Notes under the pieces: model-generated | Database searches by the model: none | Told to the model about the DNA's origin: nothing | Seen by the model: only the letters and a program-made list of their open reading frames with translations | Shown here: in pieces, positions 25,199-35,500 of the stretch | Position numbering within the stretch: position 1 is the stretch's first letter | Layout of the letters: every line of letters begins with the position of its first letter | Source of the DNA: a virus | Taxonomy: Duplodnaviria > Caudoviricetes | Strand: one strand, 5' to 3' | IMG/VR virus record: IMGVR_UViG_3300044484_000042 | Span: 1 to 37,895 of that record | DNA: 37,895 nt | Translations under genes and position numbers: made by a program

Positions 25199-26510
25199 TC
25201 CGATCAGCTTCGCCTTCGACTTGCCGTTCTCGGAGGCGATTGCGGCGGCGCGCGCGCGCAAGGTGGTGCTGCCGGAGGAGTATTACGGACGCATCCCCTT
25301 TGAAATGCGCAGCGCTGCCACGACGATCTCCGGGCTCGCCGGGCTCGATCAGATCCAGGCCGTGGTCGACTCGCTGACGCGGGCGATGCAGGATGGCGTA
25401 GCGCTTGGCGAATGGAAGCGCGAAGCAGCACAGCAGCAGTGGGGATTGCCGAAGGGCCGGCTCGAGACGATCTTTCGCACCAACGTGCAGACGGCCTACA
25501 CCGCCGGCCACTGGCGCAGCTTCGAGGAGCAGCGCAATCGGCGCCCTTACCTCATGTGGTCCGCGATCAACGATAGCCGCGTGCGGCCGTCGCACCTGGC
25601 GATGGACGGGCATATCGCGCCGATCGACGATCCGATCTGGGAGGTGTGGCATCCGCCTGCAGGGTACAATTGCCGCTGCGCCCAGATCTCGCTCACCGAA
25701 CAGCAGGCGCGCGCTCGTGGCTATGGGCGCCAAGCGCCTGCGAACATACGACCGGATCCCGGCTTCGAAGGTGGCCGCCCAGGCAGTATCCGGGGCGCGA
25801 TCGCCAAGGCTGTGCGGACGCGCGCGCCGAAGGCGGCGCCGAAAGCGCAAGCGGCGCTCGCCAGGCGCGAGGCGCAGCAGCAGGCTGCCGGCCCCGTGGG
25901 ACCGAAAGTTAGCGCGGCCCTGGAGCTGCCTGGTGGCAAAGGCGCGATCGCGGGCACTCTGCGCGAGGTGGCGCGCATTATCGACGAGCTGCACGGCGAC
26001 GGCGCATTGCCGACGATTCCGGTGGTTGCGACGAACGCGCAAACCTATTTCGGCCAATACCGGCACCAGCTGATCGGGGACAATGCGCACGACATCAAGG
26101 TCAGCCGAAAGTCGCCGCATCCACACCTGACGCTCGCGCACGAAATCGGGCACTTCCTGGATCACAAGGGATGGGGCGGGCGTGGGTTTTCCTCGGCCCT
26201 GGAGGCGGCGGCACAGCGCTGGCGCGACGTCGTGCGCGCGAGCCCCGAGCTCGAGCAGCTGCGCAATATGGCGGCGAGCTCCAGCTACGTGCATTATCTG
26301 TTGCGCACACACGAAGTCTGGGCGCGTGCCTACGCCCAGTGGGTCGCGGTTCGCTCTGGCAACAAGGAGATGATCCGGGAGTTGATTTCGATCAAAACGA
26401 GCCCAACTCAGGAGGCGTATCGCCTGAGTCAATGGGATTCGGTAACCTTCGAGCCAATCGCCAAGGCGATTGACGATCTGTTCGCCACCCTGGGCTGGCG
26501 CCAACCATGA
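25191..26510 (+). CDS. Mu gpF-like minor head protein (MuF) fused to a C-terminal zincin metallopeptidase domain
   Basis: RLETIFRTNVQTAY, AINDSRVRPSH..MDG, PPAGYNCRC (MuF); LAHEIGHFLD and HEVWARAYAQW (HExxH plus third ligand). Confidence 0.9.
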   Translation: MPDPISFAFDLPFSEAIAAARARKVVLPEEYYGRIPFEMRSAATTISGLAGLDQIQAVVDSLTRAMQDGVALGEWKREAAQQQWGLPKGRLETIFRTNVQTAYTAGHWRSFEEQRNRRPYLMWSAINDSRVRPSHLAMDGHIAPIDDPIWEVWHPPAGYNCRCAQISLTEQQARARGYGRQAPANIRPDPGFEGGRPGSIRGAIAKAVRTRAPKAAPKAQAALARREAQQQAAGPVGPKVSAALELPGGKGAIAGTLREVARIIDELHGDGALPTIPVVATNAQTYFGQYRHQLIGDNAHDIKVSRKSPHPHLTLAHEIGHFLDHKGWGGRGFSSALEAAAQRWRDVVRASPELEQLRNMAASSSYVHYLLRTHEVWARAYAQWVAVRSGNKEMIRELISIKTSPTQEAYRLSQWDSVTFEPIAKAIDDLFATLGWRQP

Positions 26511-26833
26511 GCAGCTATCTGTTCGACGATCTTTCGGAACGGACGCCGGTCGATTCCGGCTACACCGAGGCCGAGCTCGAAGCGCTCTTCGACGAGCTCG
26601 CGAAGGGGGCTCGGTTCGCCGCGCCGGATGAGCCGTTCCGGCTGATGCTCGCCATCGGCCTGACCGACGGCGACATCGTGGAGCTCTCCGACCGCAACAC
26701 CGTCATGCTCGAGACGCCACGCACCGAGCTCGAGCGCCGCGTGGCCGCCATCCGGGAAAAACAGACCAGCGGTACGCCCCTCCAGGAAGCGATCGAGGCG
26801 GCGCTCGGCCGGCAAGGACAGATGTCAATGTAA
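26507..26833 (+). CDS. Acidic hypothetical protein (108 aa); candidate immunity protein for the MuF peptidase
   Basis: ATGA-coupled directly after the MuF C-terminal domain; D/E-rich. Confidence 0.7.
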   Translation: MSSYLFDDLSERTPVDSGYTEAELEALFDELAKGARFAAPDEPFRLMLAIGLTDGDIVELSDRNTVMLETPRTELERRVAAIREKQTSGTPLQEAIEAALGRQGQMSM

Positions 26834-26857
26834 ATCCCGGGACAGGCTGCGCACGAT
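26812..26857 (+). promoter_or_regulatory. Putative Mor/C-dependent late promoter of the capsid operon
   Basis: 20-bp repeat with GACA-GA-TGTC dyad (26817-26826), -10-like CACGAT 26852-26857, no -35; dyad centred about -43 from a +1 near 26864. Confidence 0.6.
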
Positions 26858-26864
26858 TCGGCCC

Positions 26865-27869
26865 ATGCCGGACCGCGCCATCTATCTCACCCTGCTTGCC
26901 GATCCGACGGCCACCCGCGCCGAAGAGCGTGTGACGGGCTTCGGCGGCGTTGCCTACTCAGGAGGAGTGGTCCCCAACCACAGGTGGGTCGGCGACATGG
27001 CGATCGATCTCGCCTCGCTGACCATGCCCCCGGGGAACATTCCGGTGCTGCGCAACCACGATCCGGACCAGATCGTCGGCCGGGCGCGGCTGTCGAACGA
27101 CGGCACGCAGATCCAGATCACCGAGGGCCATTTCTCTGCCGTGACCGAGATTGGCCGTGAGGTCTCCGCCCTGATGGGCGAGGGCCACCCCTGGCGCCTG
27201 TCGGTCGGGATAAATGGGAGCCTGGAGACCGTCGATCGCGACAAGCCGGTCGAGCTGAACGGCCGCCGCATGACGGTCGATGCGGTGTTTCGCAAGGCCC
27301 GCCTGCTCGAACTTTCGTTCGTGCCGTCCGGCGCGGACCCCAACGCCTACGCTGCACGCTTGTCGTCGCGGCACGGCATCGAACCTCCACCTTCCGGAGA
27401 TAACACGATGGACCTCGATCAAGCACTTGCCCGCATCGCCGAACTGGAAGCGCAGACCGTCACGCTGACCGCCGAGCGCGACAGCGCCAGGACCGAGCTG
27501 GCAGCGGCCCAAGCGACGATCACTGCCACCGCCATCGCGCGGCGCAACGAGCGCATTGCAGCGCTCTTCGGTGCCGAGCCGAACCTGGCCGAGGCCCAAC
27601 TCGCCGCCTATCGCGGGATGACCGACGATCAGTTCGCCGCAGTCGAAGCGCTGGTGGCAAGCGCCCATGCGGCCGGCAACGGCGAGCTCTTCCGGCAGCA
27701 GGCCACCAACGGCCGCAATGCCGACGGCGGGGCGCCCGGCACGTTCACCGCGCCCGCGGGCTACTCGGTCGACTCGGAGCGCGTGCAGCTGCACGTTAAG
27801 GCGCTCAAGTACCAGGCCGACCACCACGGCACCGACTACCTGACGGCCGTCAACGCTGTCGCCGCGTAA
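26865..27869 (+). CDS. Prohead protease / scaffold fusion, with internal scaffold start at 27408
   Basis: PVLRNHDPDQIVG, WRLSVG, LLELSFVPSGADPN; GGAGA RBS before MDLDQALARIAELE coiled coil. Confidence 0.9.
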   Translation: MPDRAIYLTLLADPTATRAEERVTGFGGVAYSGGVVPNHRWVGDMAIDLASLTMPPGNIPVLRNHDPDQIVGRARLSNDGTQIQITEGHFSAVTEIGREVSALMGEGHPWRLSVGINGSLETVDRDKPVELNGRRMTVDAVFRKARLLELSFVPSGADPNAYAARLSSRHGIEPPPSGDNTMDLDQALARIAELEAQTVTLTAERDSARTELAAAQATITATAIARRNERIAALFGAEPNLAEAQLAAYRGMTDDQFAAVEALVASAHAAGNGELFRQQATNGRNADGGAPGTFTAPAGYSVDSERVQLHVKALKYQADHHGTDYLTAVNAVAA

Positions 27870-27881
27870 GGAGGCTTCACC

Positions 27882-28229
27882 ATGTCCCAGCAAGCATTCC
27901 CCTGCCTTACCCTGACGGTCGCGGCCACCGGCACCATCGCGGCCAACCGCTTCGTTACCCCGGCCGGCGCGCAAGCCGGCGCCGATGCCAACACCCTCGG
28001 CGTCACCCGCACCGCGGCCATCTCCGGCGACAAGATCGCGGTCGACGTCCTGGGCACCGCGGTGGTGGAGGCCGGTGCCGCAGTATCGGCCGGGGCGTCG
28101 CTCAAGGCGGACTCGTCCGGCCGCGCGATCACCTGGGTCACGTCCGGCGCGAAGATCGGCATCGCCTTGCAGGCGGCCGGCGCTGCGGGCGAGTTCATCG
28201 AAGTCCTGCTCATCCCGAACGTCGCGTAA
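27882..28229 (+). CDS. Capsid decoration/cement protein (DUF2190-like)
   Basis: Ala/Gly-rich, VEAGAAVSAG..ADSSGRA..IGIALQAAGAAGEFIEVLL; AAGGAGG RBS. Confidence 0.88.
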   Translation: MSQQAFPCLTLTVAATGTIAANRFVTPAGAQAGADANTLGVTRTAAISGDKIAVDVLGTAVVEAGAAVSAGASLKADSSGRAITWVTSGAKIGIALQAAGAAGEFIEVLLIPNVA

Positions 28230-28241
28230 GGAGCGCCGATC

Positions 28242-29183
28242 ATGCCCCAACTCACCCCTGCACAAGCCCGCGTCATCGACCCGGTCCTGTCGACGGTCGC
28301 GCAGGGCTACACCAACGCAGCCTTCGTGGGCAGCGCGTTGTTTCCCTACGTGCCGGTGCAGCAACGCGGCGGCAAGATCGTGACCTTCGGCAAGGAGGAT
28401 TTCGCGATCTACGCCACGCAGCGCGCGCCGGGCGCGAACACCAAGCGCATGCAGATTGGCTACACGTCCGGCAGCTACGCGCTAGAAAGCCACTCGCTGG
28501 AAGGCGTGGTCCCGTTCGAGCTCATGCAGGACGCGCAAGCTGTCCCGGGCATCGATCTCGGCCGCGGCGCCGTCCAGAAGGTGCAGAACATCATCGGCCT
28601 GCGGCTCGAAAAGGCGCAAGCCGACCTCGCCACGACGGCCGGCAATTACGCGGCCTCGAACAAGAACACCGCCCTTACCGGCACGACCCTGTGGTCGGAC
28701 CTGTCCGCGTCCGACCCCATCGGAAACATCGAAACGGCGAAGGATGCCATTCGCGCCGCGACCGGCCGCCGGCCGAATGTGATGGTCATCGGCGCGACGG
28801 TCATGAAGTCGCTGCGGCAGCACAGCAAGATCATCGACCGGACGAAGTACACCGGCCGCGATGTGCCGACTGCGGAACTGCTCGCTGCGCTGTTCGGCCT
28901 GAATCGGGTGCTGGTCGGCGACGCGATCTACACCGATGCCTCGGGCGCGTTCGTGGACGTGTGGGGCAAGACGGCGGTGCTGGCGTACACGGAAACCGCG
29001 TCGCTGGCGGACCTGGGTGCGCCGTCCTACGGCTACACCTATCGCCTCGGCGGGTATCCGCTGGTCGAGATCCCGTACCAGGACCGCAATGCGAAGTCGT
29101 GGGTCTATCCGGTCACCGACGAGGTTTCTCCGGTCATCGCGGGCGCCACGGCCGGCTACCTGATCTCGCCCGCGGTCGCGTAA
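28242..29183 (+). CDS. Major capsid protein
   Basis: ARVIDPVLSTVAQGY, LFPYVPV, GRRPNVMVIG, PSYGYTY; position after decoration gene. Confidence 0.92.
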   Translation: MPQLTPAQARVIDPVLSTVAQGYTNAAFVGSALFPYVPVQQRGGKIVTFGKEDFAIYATQRAPGANTKRMQIGYTSGSYALESHSLEGVVPFELMQDAQAVPGIDLGRGAVQKVQNIIGLRLEKAQADLATTAGNYAASNKNTALTGTTLWSDLSASDPIGNIETAKDAIRAATGRRPNVMVIGATVMKSLRQHSKIIDRTKYTGRDVPTAELLAALFGLNRVLVGDAIYTDASGAFVDVWGKTAVLAYTETASLADLGAPSYGYTYRLGGYPLVEIPYQDRNAKSWVYPVTDEVSPVIAGATAGYLISPAVA

Positions 29184-29185
29184 GG

Positions 29186-29356
29186 ATGCGGTTGATCGCC
29201 CGCGCGCCCGTCACTGTCGCCGGCCGGGACATCCGGCCTGGCGACACCTTCGAGGCGGATGCGTCCGACGCGGAAGCGTTGCTGGCGATCGAAGCCGCCG
29301 AAGTGGTGGTCGAGCTAGGGGCGCGGGAAACCAAGAAAAAGCGAGCAACGGAGTGA
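29186..29356 (+). CDS. Small head-associated protein (56 aa)
   Basis: MRLIARAPVTVAGRDIRPGDTFE..AEALLAIEAAE; typical small gene after MCP. Confidence 0.72.
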   Translation: MRLIARAPVTVAGRDIRPGDTFEADASDAEALLAIEAAEVVVELGARETKKKRATE

Positions 29357-29362
29357 TGCGGC

Positions 29363-29782
29363 GTGGCCTATGTGACGCAGAGCGATCTGACCGAGCGGTT
29401 CGGATCGGTCGAGCTTGCGCAACTGACCGACGAGTCGGCGGCGCAGACGCCGGACGCCGCCGAGATCACGAAAGCGTGCGATGAGGCGTCGAGTCTGATC
29501 GACTCGTACCTGTCGGTGCGCTACGCGGTGCCGCTCTCGCCGGTGCCGACGCTCATTCGCTGGCTCGCCTGCGACATCGCGCGAAAGATCCTGTGGAAGG
29601 ACCGCGCGGGCCCGGAAGCCGCCGTGGCCCTGGCCTACGACGGCGCGCTGAAGCGCCTCGCCGACATCGCCAAAGGCGTCGCTGGCCTGCCGAGCGCGAG
29701 CGGGACGCTGCCAGCGCAGACCGGCGGGCTTGCGTACTCGACGCCAACCCCTGTGTTCGACACCAGCGGGCTGCTCGACTGA
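29363..29782 (+). CDS. Head-tail adaptor, Mu gp36/DUF1320-like
   Basis: YVTQSDLTERFG..ELAQLTD, ASSLIDSYL..RYAVPL, LACDIAR, LADIAKG. Confidence 0.92.
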   Translation: MAYVTQSDLTERFGSVELAQLTDESAAQTPDAAEITKACDEASSLIDSYLSVRYAVPLSPVPTLIRWLACDIARKILWKDRAGPEAAVALAYDGALKRLADIAKGVAGLPSASGTLPAQTGGLAYSTPTPVFDTSGLLD

Positions 29783-29784
29783 TC

Positions 29785-30252
29785 ATGCGCATCGAAGTGC
29801 ACGACAGCGAGATTCTGGCCGCATTCAATGCGCTCCTGGCCGCCGGCCGCGACCCGAAGCCATACCTCGAGGCGATTGGCGCCACGCTCGCCGCAAGCGC
29901 CAAGCTGCGCTTTGTCGCCGGCCGCGGGCCGAGCGGTTCGCCCTGGAAGGCAGTGCTGCGCGGCGGCAGGCCGCTGCGCGATACCGGCACGCACCTGATG
30001 AATCCCCTGCACCACCAGGTCGAGGGCAATGCTGTCGTCGTGGGCGTGCCCTACGCCTGGGCCCGCATCCATCAGTTCGGCGGACGGATCAGCGCGAAGC
30101 GATCTCCCTATCTACGCTTCAAGATCGGCGATCGCTGGGCCTCGAAGAAGAGCGTGACGATTCCGGCGCGGCCGTTCCTTGGTATCTCGGCGTCCGATCA
30201 CGCCGAGATACTGGACATCCTGCGCGACAAGTTGATTGGCATTTCGCGGTGA
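29785..30252 (+). CDS. Virion morphogenesis / tail completion protein (Mu gpG-like)
   Basis: GPSGSPW, LRDTG, YAWARIHQFGG, TIPARPFLGIS. Confidence 0.9.
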   Translation: MRIEVHDSEILAAFNALLAAGRDPKPYLEAIGATLAASAKLRFVAGRGPSGSPWKAVLRGGRPLRDTGTHLMNPLHHQVEGNAVVVGVPYAWARIHQFGGRISAKRSPYLRFKIGDRWASKKSVTIPARPFLGISASDHAEILDILRDKLIGISR

Positions 30253-30671
30253 ACCTTGCGCCCATCATCGAACAACTGCGTGTCTGCGTCCCCGCGCTGC
30301 GGCTCGTCGGCGGCGCGGCCCAGTTCGAGCGCGCAGCCGGCGCCCTCACGACGTTGCCGGCCGCCTTCGTGCTGCCGACCAAGGAATCGGCCGCCGAGTC
30401 GGCGTTCATGGACCAGCTCGTCGAGCAGCTGGTCAACGCCGAATTCGTCGTGGTCGTGGCCGTCCGCAACCTCACCGACGACGAAGGCGCGGCAGCCGTG
30501 GAATCGCTGGAGCCGGTGCGCACAGCCGTGCGTGACGCGCTGCTCGGCTGGCAGCCGGCCGCGAACGCTCATGGCTGCGAGTACGCCAGCGGCGAGATCT
30601 TCGAATTCGGCAACGGGGTCCTCTGGTGGCAGGACACCTATCGCACCGCGTATCTGATCAGGAGCACATGA
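30249..30671 (+). CDS. Tail terminator protein
   Basis: GTG start; LPAAFVLP, FVVVVAVRN, VRDALLGWQP, LWWQDTY. Confidence 0.85.
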   Translation: MNLAPIIEQLRVCVPALRLVGGAAQFERAAGALTTLPAAFVLPTKESAAESAFMDQLVEQLVNAEFVVVVAVRNLTDDEGAAAVESLEPVRTAVRDALLGWQPAANAHGCEYASGEIFEFGNGVLWWQDTYRTAYLIRST

Positions 30672-30826
30672 TGGCCGAACCGACCACGCCAAGCGACGAA
30701 GGCGAGTCGCAGACCAACTACCTGCCGCCGGCGGAAGGTGGCAGCTACAGGCGCAATCCGGACGGGTCGCTGACGTGCATCGAGCCGCCGACGGCCCCGC
30801 CCGAACAACCTCAACCGCAGGAGTAA
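30668..30826 (+). CDS. Small hypothetical protein preceding the tail tube gene
   Basis: AGGAG RBS; GGSYRRNPDGSL motif. Confidence 0.68.
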   Translation: MMAEPTTPSDEGESQTNYLPPAEGGSYRRNPDGSLTCIEPPTAPPEQPQPQE

Positions 30827-30832
30827 TCCATC

Positions 30833-31756
30833 ATGTCCTCCCCGCGCAAATTCCTCGTTCTGGCGAAGGTCGAGACCACGCAGTTCACGGATGCCGTGCC
30901 GACGGCGGCGGCGAATTCGATCCTGGTCAAGAACCTCAAGGTCACACCGCTCAAGGTGGAGAGCGAGGACCGCAACCTGGTCCGCGATTACTTCGGCAAC
31001 AGCGAACAACTGCCGGTATCCGAAGAGGCGATGATCGAGTTCGACGTCGAGCTCCAGGGCTCCGGCACCGCGGCCACGCCGACCAAGTACGGGCCGCTGC
31101 TCAAGGGCTGCAGCTTCTCGGAAACGATCGCCGCCGACGTGCAGTACTCGCCGGTGTCGACCGGTTTCAGCTATCTCACGATCTACTGCTATCGCGACGG
31201 CGTGCTCTACAAGCTCCTGGGCGCACACGGCTCGGTATCGCTCGACATGGCCGCGAAGAAGATCCCGCATCTGCACTACCGCTTCGTGGGCAAGTACTCG
31301 GCCGTCACCGACGCGGCGATCCCTGGCGGCTCGGATTTCACCGGCTTCAAGACGCCGAACGCCTCGCTGCCGACGTGGACCGGGACGCTGACGGTGGACA
31401 GCTATGCGGCCAAGGTGGCGGCATTCTCGATGGACATGGCGAACGACGTCTCCCACGCCATCTGGATGAACAACGAGACGCTGGCGCCGATCGATCGCAA
31501 GCCGAAAGGCTCGATCACGGTCGAGGCGGTCACCATCGCCACCAAGGACTACTTCACGCTGGTGCGCAACGCGACGTTGGTCGTGTTCACGCTGACGCAC
31601 GGCACGGCAGCCGGCTACAAGGTGAAGCTCGACGCCCCGAAGATGCAGCTGGTCGACGTCGAGGAGGCCGAGTACAGCGGGGCGCTGGCCTACAAGTTCA
31701 ACGTCACCTTCAACCCGAGCGTCGGCAACGACGAGTTCAAGTTCACGACGCTCTGA
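30833..31756 (+). CDS. Major tail tube protein
   Basis: LAKVETT, FDVELQGSGTA..P.YGPLLKGC, DRKPKGSITVEA, GNDEF; no sheath gene present. Confidence 0.9.
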   Translation: MSSPRKFLVLAKVETTQFTDAVPTAAANSILVKNLKVTPLKVESEDRNLVRDYFGNSEQLPVSEEAMIEFDVELQGSGTAATPTKYGPLLKGCSFSETIAADVQYSPVSTGFSYLTIYCYRDGVLYKLLGAHGSVSLDMAAKKIPHLHYRFVGKYSAVTDAAIPGGSDFTGFKTPNASLPTWTGTLTVDSYAAKVAAFSMDMANDVSHAIWMNNETLAPIDRKPKGSITVEAVTIATKDYFTLVRNATLVVFTLTHGTAAGYKVKLDAPKMQLVDVEEAEYSGALAYKFNVTFNPSVGNDEFKFTTL

Positions 31757-31809
31757 CCGGCAACGGCGCCCAGCCGGGATGAAAGCGGGCGCCCCTCATC
31801 GAGGACCTC

Positions 31810-32154
31810 ATGCAGATGTTCAAGCTGGCGCAGTCGCCTGTGTTCTGGGCGACCGTGGAGACGGAGATCACCGCAGAGAAGGGCGGGCGCACGCTCGCGA
31901 AGTTCGACTTGCAGTACCGACGCCTGACGCAGGACGAGGCGATCGCGCTTGGCGCGCGGATCGAAGCGGACAATCTCGATGCGCGGGTCATTGCGCGCGA
32001 GCTCGTGGTTGGCTGGCGCAACATCGGCGACGACGAAGGCAACCCGATCGAATTCAACGCTAGCAACTTCGAGCGGCTCCTGGACTACGGCTTTGCGCGC
32101 TCGATCGTGGACACCTTCACCGCCAACCTCCCGAAGGCGAAGCAAAAAAACTGA
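31810..32154 (+). CDS. Tail assembly chaperone (gpG-like)
   Basis: LVVGWRNIGDDEGNPIEFN; ends in KQKN at a slippery site. Confidence 0.88.
   Translation: MQMFKLAQSPVFWATVETEITAEKGGRTLAKFDLQYRRLTQDEAIALGARIEADNLDARVIARELVVGWRNIGDDEGNPIEFNASNFERLLDYGFARSIVDTFTANLPKAKQKN
32145..32151 (+). other. -1 programmed ribosomal frameshift site A AAA AAC
   Basis: X XXY YYZ heptamer just before the chaperone stop; the -1 frame stays open to 32531. Confidence 0.85.
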
Positions 32155-32531
32155 TCGAGGCCGCGGAGCATTGGGCTCGGGGTCCGACGGCCGACCCGGA
32201 ACACCTGGCCCAACAGTTGTCCGCCTTCGGGGCCGATCCCGCGGTCGTGGCCGCGGAGGTGGAGCAGGAAACCGAGGCGATGCTGTTCGCAGTCCATCCC
32301 GACAACGAGATTCTGCTAGCCGTCTTCCTGGCGCTGCAAACGCAGTGGCGGATCGCGGTGGGGGCGGCTCGCGCGGTTTATCTCGGTATCGACTACGGGT
32401 CTATCCCGCCCGTGCTTTCCATGCTGGGCATCCCGCGCCGTGAGCGTGCCGATGCCTTCGCGGCCGTCCTGCTGATGGAGGCTGCTGCGCTGCCGATCCT
32501 GAACGCGCCGCGCCCAGAGACCGATGGCTGA
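32151..32531 (+). CDS. Tail chaperone frameshift extension (gpGT-like, DUF1799-like)
   Basis: LIEAAEHWARG...VHPDN..VFLALQTQWR..GIDYGSI..LMEAAAL. Confidence 0.85.
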   Translation: MIEAAEHWARGPTADPEHLAQQLSAFGADPAVVAAEVEQETEAMLFAVHPDNEILLAVFLALQTQWRIAVGAARAVYLGIDYGSIPPVLSMLGIPRRERADAFAAVLLMEAAALPILNAPRPETDG

Positions 32532-35500
32532 AACCATCAACTTCGGCATTCGCCTGACGGCCGACGGCAACGCCTTCGTCGGCACGGTGCAGATTGCCCG
32601 CGAGCAGATCGAGCGGCTCGGAGCAGCGAGTCGCCAGGCGAGCGGCGGGGTTGGGCAACTCGACACGTCGATGCGGCAGTCGATGACGAGTGCCGTGGCG
32701 CTCGGCTCGGCGATCGGCAACGTGGCGGTGGACGTGGCGAAGGGGTTTACCCGGTGGATGACGGCCGGCTACGCGGCGGCGAACCAACTCAAGGATCTGT
32801 CGGACATCACCGGCTCAACGGTCGAGAGCCTGTCGCAACTTACCAACATCGCCAGAGTCAGCGGTACCAGCGCCGCCGGGCTCGAAACCGCGCTCTCGAA
32901 GCTGGCGGTCGGGCTCTCTGGCACCGATGAGGAATCACGCCAGGCCGGCAAGGCGCTTGCAGCGCTGGGGATCCAGTCGCGCGATCCCGCGCAGGCAATG
33001 ACCGAGTTGGCGAAGAAGTTCGCGCAGTACGCCGATGATGCGAACAAGGCGGCTTACGCCAATGAGATATTCGGTCGTGGCGGTGCCAAGCTATTGCCGC
33101 TGCTGAAGGACATTGCCGAGCAGCAGGACGTAGCCGCAACGGTCACGGCGCGCCAGGCGCAGGAGGCGGAAAGGCTCGGCGAAAATATGCGTCGGCTATC
33201 CGTGGAGACCGATGCTCTCCGCGACTCGCTGTTGTCCGGACTGCTGCCGCAACTCAATAACCTGCTCGAACAACTGCGCGAGGGAACACGCATCGCCGGT
33301 GGGTTCTGGCAGGCCCTGAATCTGTTCTCGACGCTGCCGGCGGTGAACAACATTGCCGAGGCGCAGGCGGTCATCGAGCAAATCAACGCGAATCTGCTCG
33401 ACAGCGAGAGCAAGTACGAATCTGCTTTCGGCCGGTGGGTCAATTCACTGCTCGGCAACTCGCTCGAAAAGGCGAAGGCCAACGCGGCCGCGAAGATCGA
33501 ATTCATCAAGCTGCAGATCACGCAGCTGCGCAAGCTCGCCACCGGACAAGACACCGAATTCGGCGATCTCGAAGGTGCAATGGCGCGCGCGGCCGCGAAG
33601 CCGAGCCTGGGCGCGCCGCCTACTGGGGCCAAGGGCAAGAAGGAAGTCGACGACTTCGCCAGGGCGCTCGAGCAGGTTCGGAAGGTGGCGGCCGAGGCCG
33701 AGCTCGAGCTCGCCGGGCTGTTCGATACGGAGCGGATCACCAAGGCCAGCCGAGCGCTGACCGCGCTGATGGCCTCGGATGCTTGGCCGAAGTTCACCAA
33801 GCAGCAGCAGGAGACGTTGAAGGCGATCCTCGGCCAGGCCTCGGCGGTCGAGCAGGCTACCGGGGAGTGGGAGCGGCTCGCCAAGGCGGCGGCCGGCTTC
33901 GCGGCGCAGCAGGCGGACGAGCGCAGGAAGTGGGAAGACGTGCTCGCCAAGAACACCGAGGACGTCGACAAGCTGGTGGCCACGCTGGACTTGGAAACCA
34001 AGACCATGTTCCAGACCAACGAGGAGCGGGAGCGCGCGATCGCGCTGTCCGAGATCCTGTGGCAGGGCGAGGAGGACTATCTCGCCAAGGTCGAGAAGGT
34101 CAACGCGGCCTTTGACCGGCGCAACAGCGCGGCTGCACTCAAGAAGTCGCTCGACGAGCAGCAGGCCGCCTACGAGCGGACCTATAACCAGATCGCCGAC
34201 AGCCTCACCGACGCGCTGCTGCGCGGATTCGAGAGCGGCAAGGACATCGCGCAGAACTTCATCGATACGCTGAAGAACATGTTCGGCTCGCTGGTGCTGC
34301 GGCCGATCATTCAGGCGATCGTATCGCCGCTGGCCGGCGGCATCACCTCGATGCTCGGCTTCTCCGGAGCTGCGCAGGCGGCCGGGGGCGGCGGCGGACT
34401 GGGCGGGCTGCTCAACCTCGGCGGCACGCTGGGCAACCTGGGCAATTGGGCCGCCGGCGGTGGGATCTTCGGCGCAGGCCTCGGCAACACATTCGCGCTC
34501 TCCGGCGTAGGCCAGACGCTCGGGCTCTCCGCGGCTGGGCTCGATATGGCCGGCGGTGTGGCGCTCACGGGCCTCGGGACGACGCTGGGCACCGTGATTC
34601 CGCTGGTCGGCGCCGGGCTCGCGATCGCGTCGATGTTCGGCGCTTTCAGCAAGGGCGGCGGCCCGAAGCAGGGCGGCAGCGCCGGCTACGGCGGCTTCTA
34701 TCCGGGCGAGACGACGGCGCAGGGCAACGCGGCCATGCAGGCAGCGGTGGCCGATACCAGCAAGTCGTATTCGGCGCTGCTCAAGCTGCTCGGCGGCTCC
34801 GGCGCCGCGGACTTCACGCTCGGCTTCGACACCGACCCGCAGGGTACTGCCGGCTCGCGCGTGTCGGCCGGCGCCACGGTCGGCGGCAAGGCCGTCTATT
34901 CGCTGCGCGATCTCGATGTCGGCCGCGATCCGGCGGCCCTCGAGGCGGCGCTGAAATCGGAGAGCAAGAAAGCGATCCTGGCGGCGCTGCAGGCCTCCGA
35001 CCTGCCGGACGCGGTAGCGGCGGTGTTGCAGACCGTCAACGTTGCGTCGGCCAGCGATGAGGCGATCGACAACCTGCTCAACTTCGCCACCGCGATGGGC
35101 GCGGTGCTCGAGGCGATCAGCGGCGACGTGGTGGCCGATGCCCAGGTGGCGTGGGAGGAATCGCAGCGCAGCACCATCGAGGTCCTGCGCGGCATGGGGC
35201 AGGAAGTCATCCGGCTGGCCGAGAATCTCGACGGGTCGGCGGAGTCCATGCAGGCGCTCTCCGGTGCCACCATCGAGTATCGGCAGGCGGTCGACGCGAC
35301 GCTGATCCAGATCAGGCAGATCGCTGCCGCGTTGAAGGAAACCTTCGCCGCGACTCGCGAGCAGGTCGAGTTCGCCGGGCTGGGCAAGCAGGAATCCTAC
35401 GACCTGTACCGGCAGAAGGGGTCGACGCTGCTCGGGCTCATCAACGAGTCCGATGACCCGGCCATGGTGCAGAAGTACGCCGAGAAGATTAATGGCTACT

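Noticed and set aside
14755-30252. Transposable (Mu-like) phage
   Set aside because: Head genes and Mor are Mu-like, but there is no MuA/MuB in the window and replication is primase-based
31810-32531. Tail chaperone -1 frameshift as a novelty
   Set aside because: Real, but a well-known conserved feature of long-tailed phages; listed as a feature only
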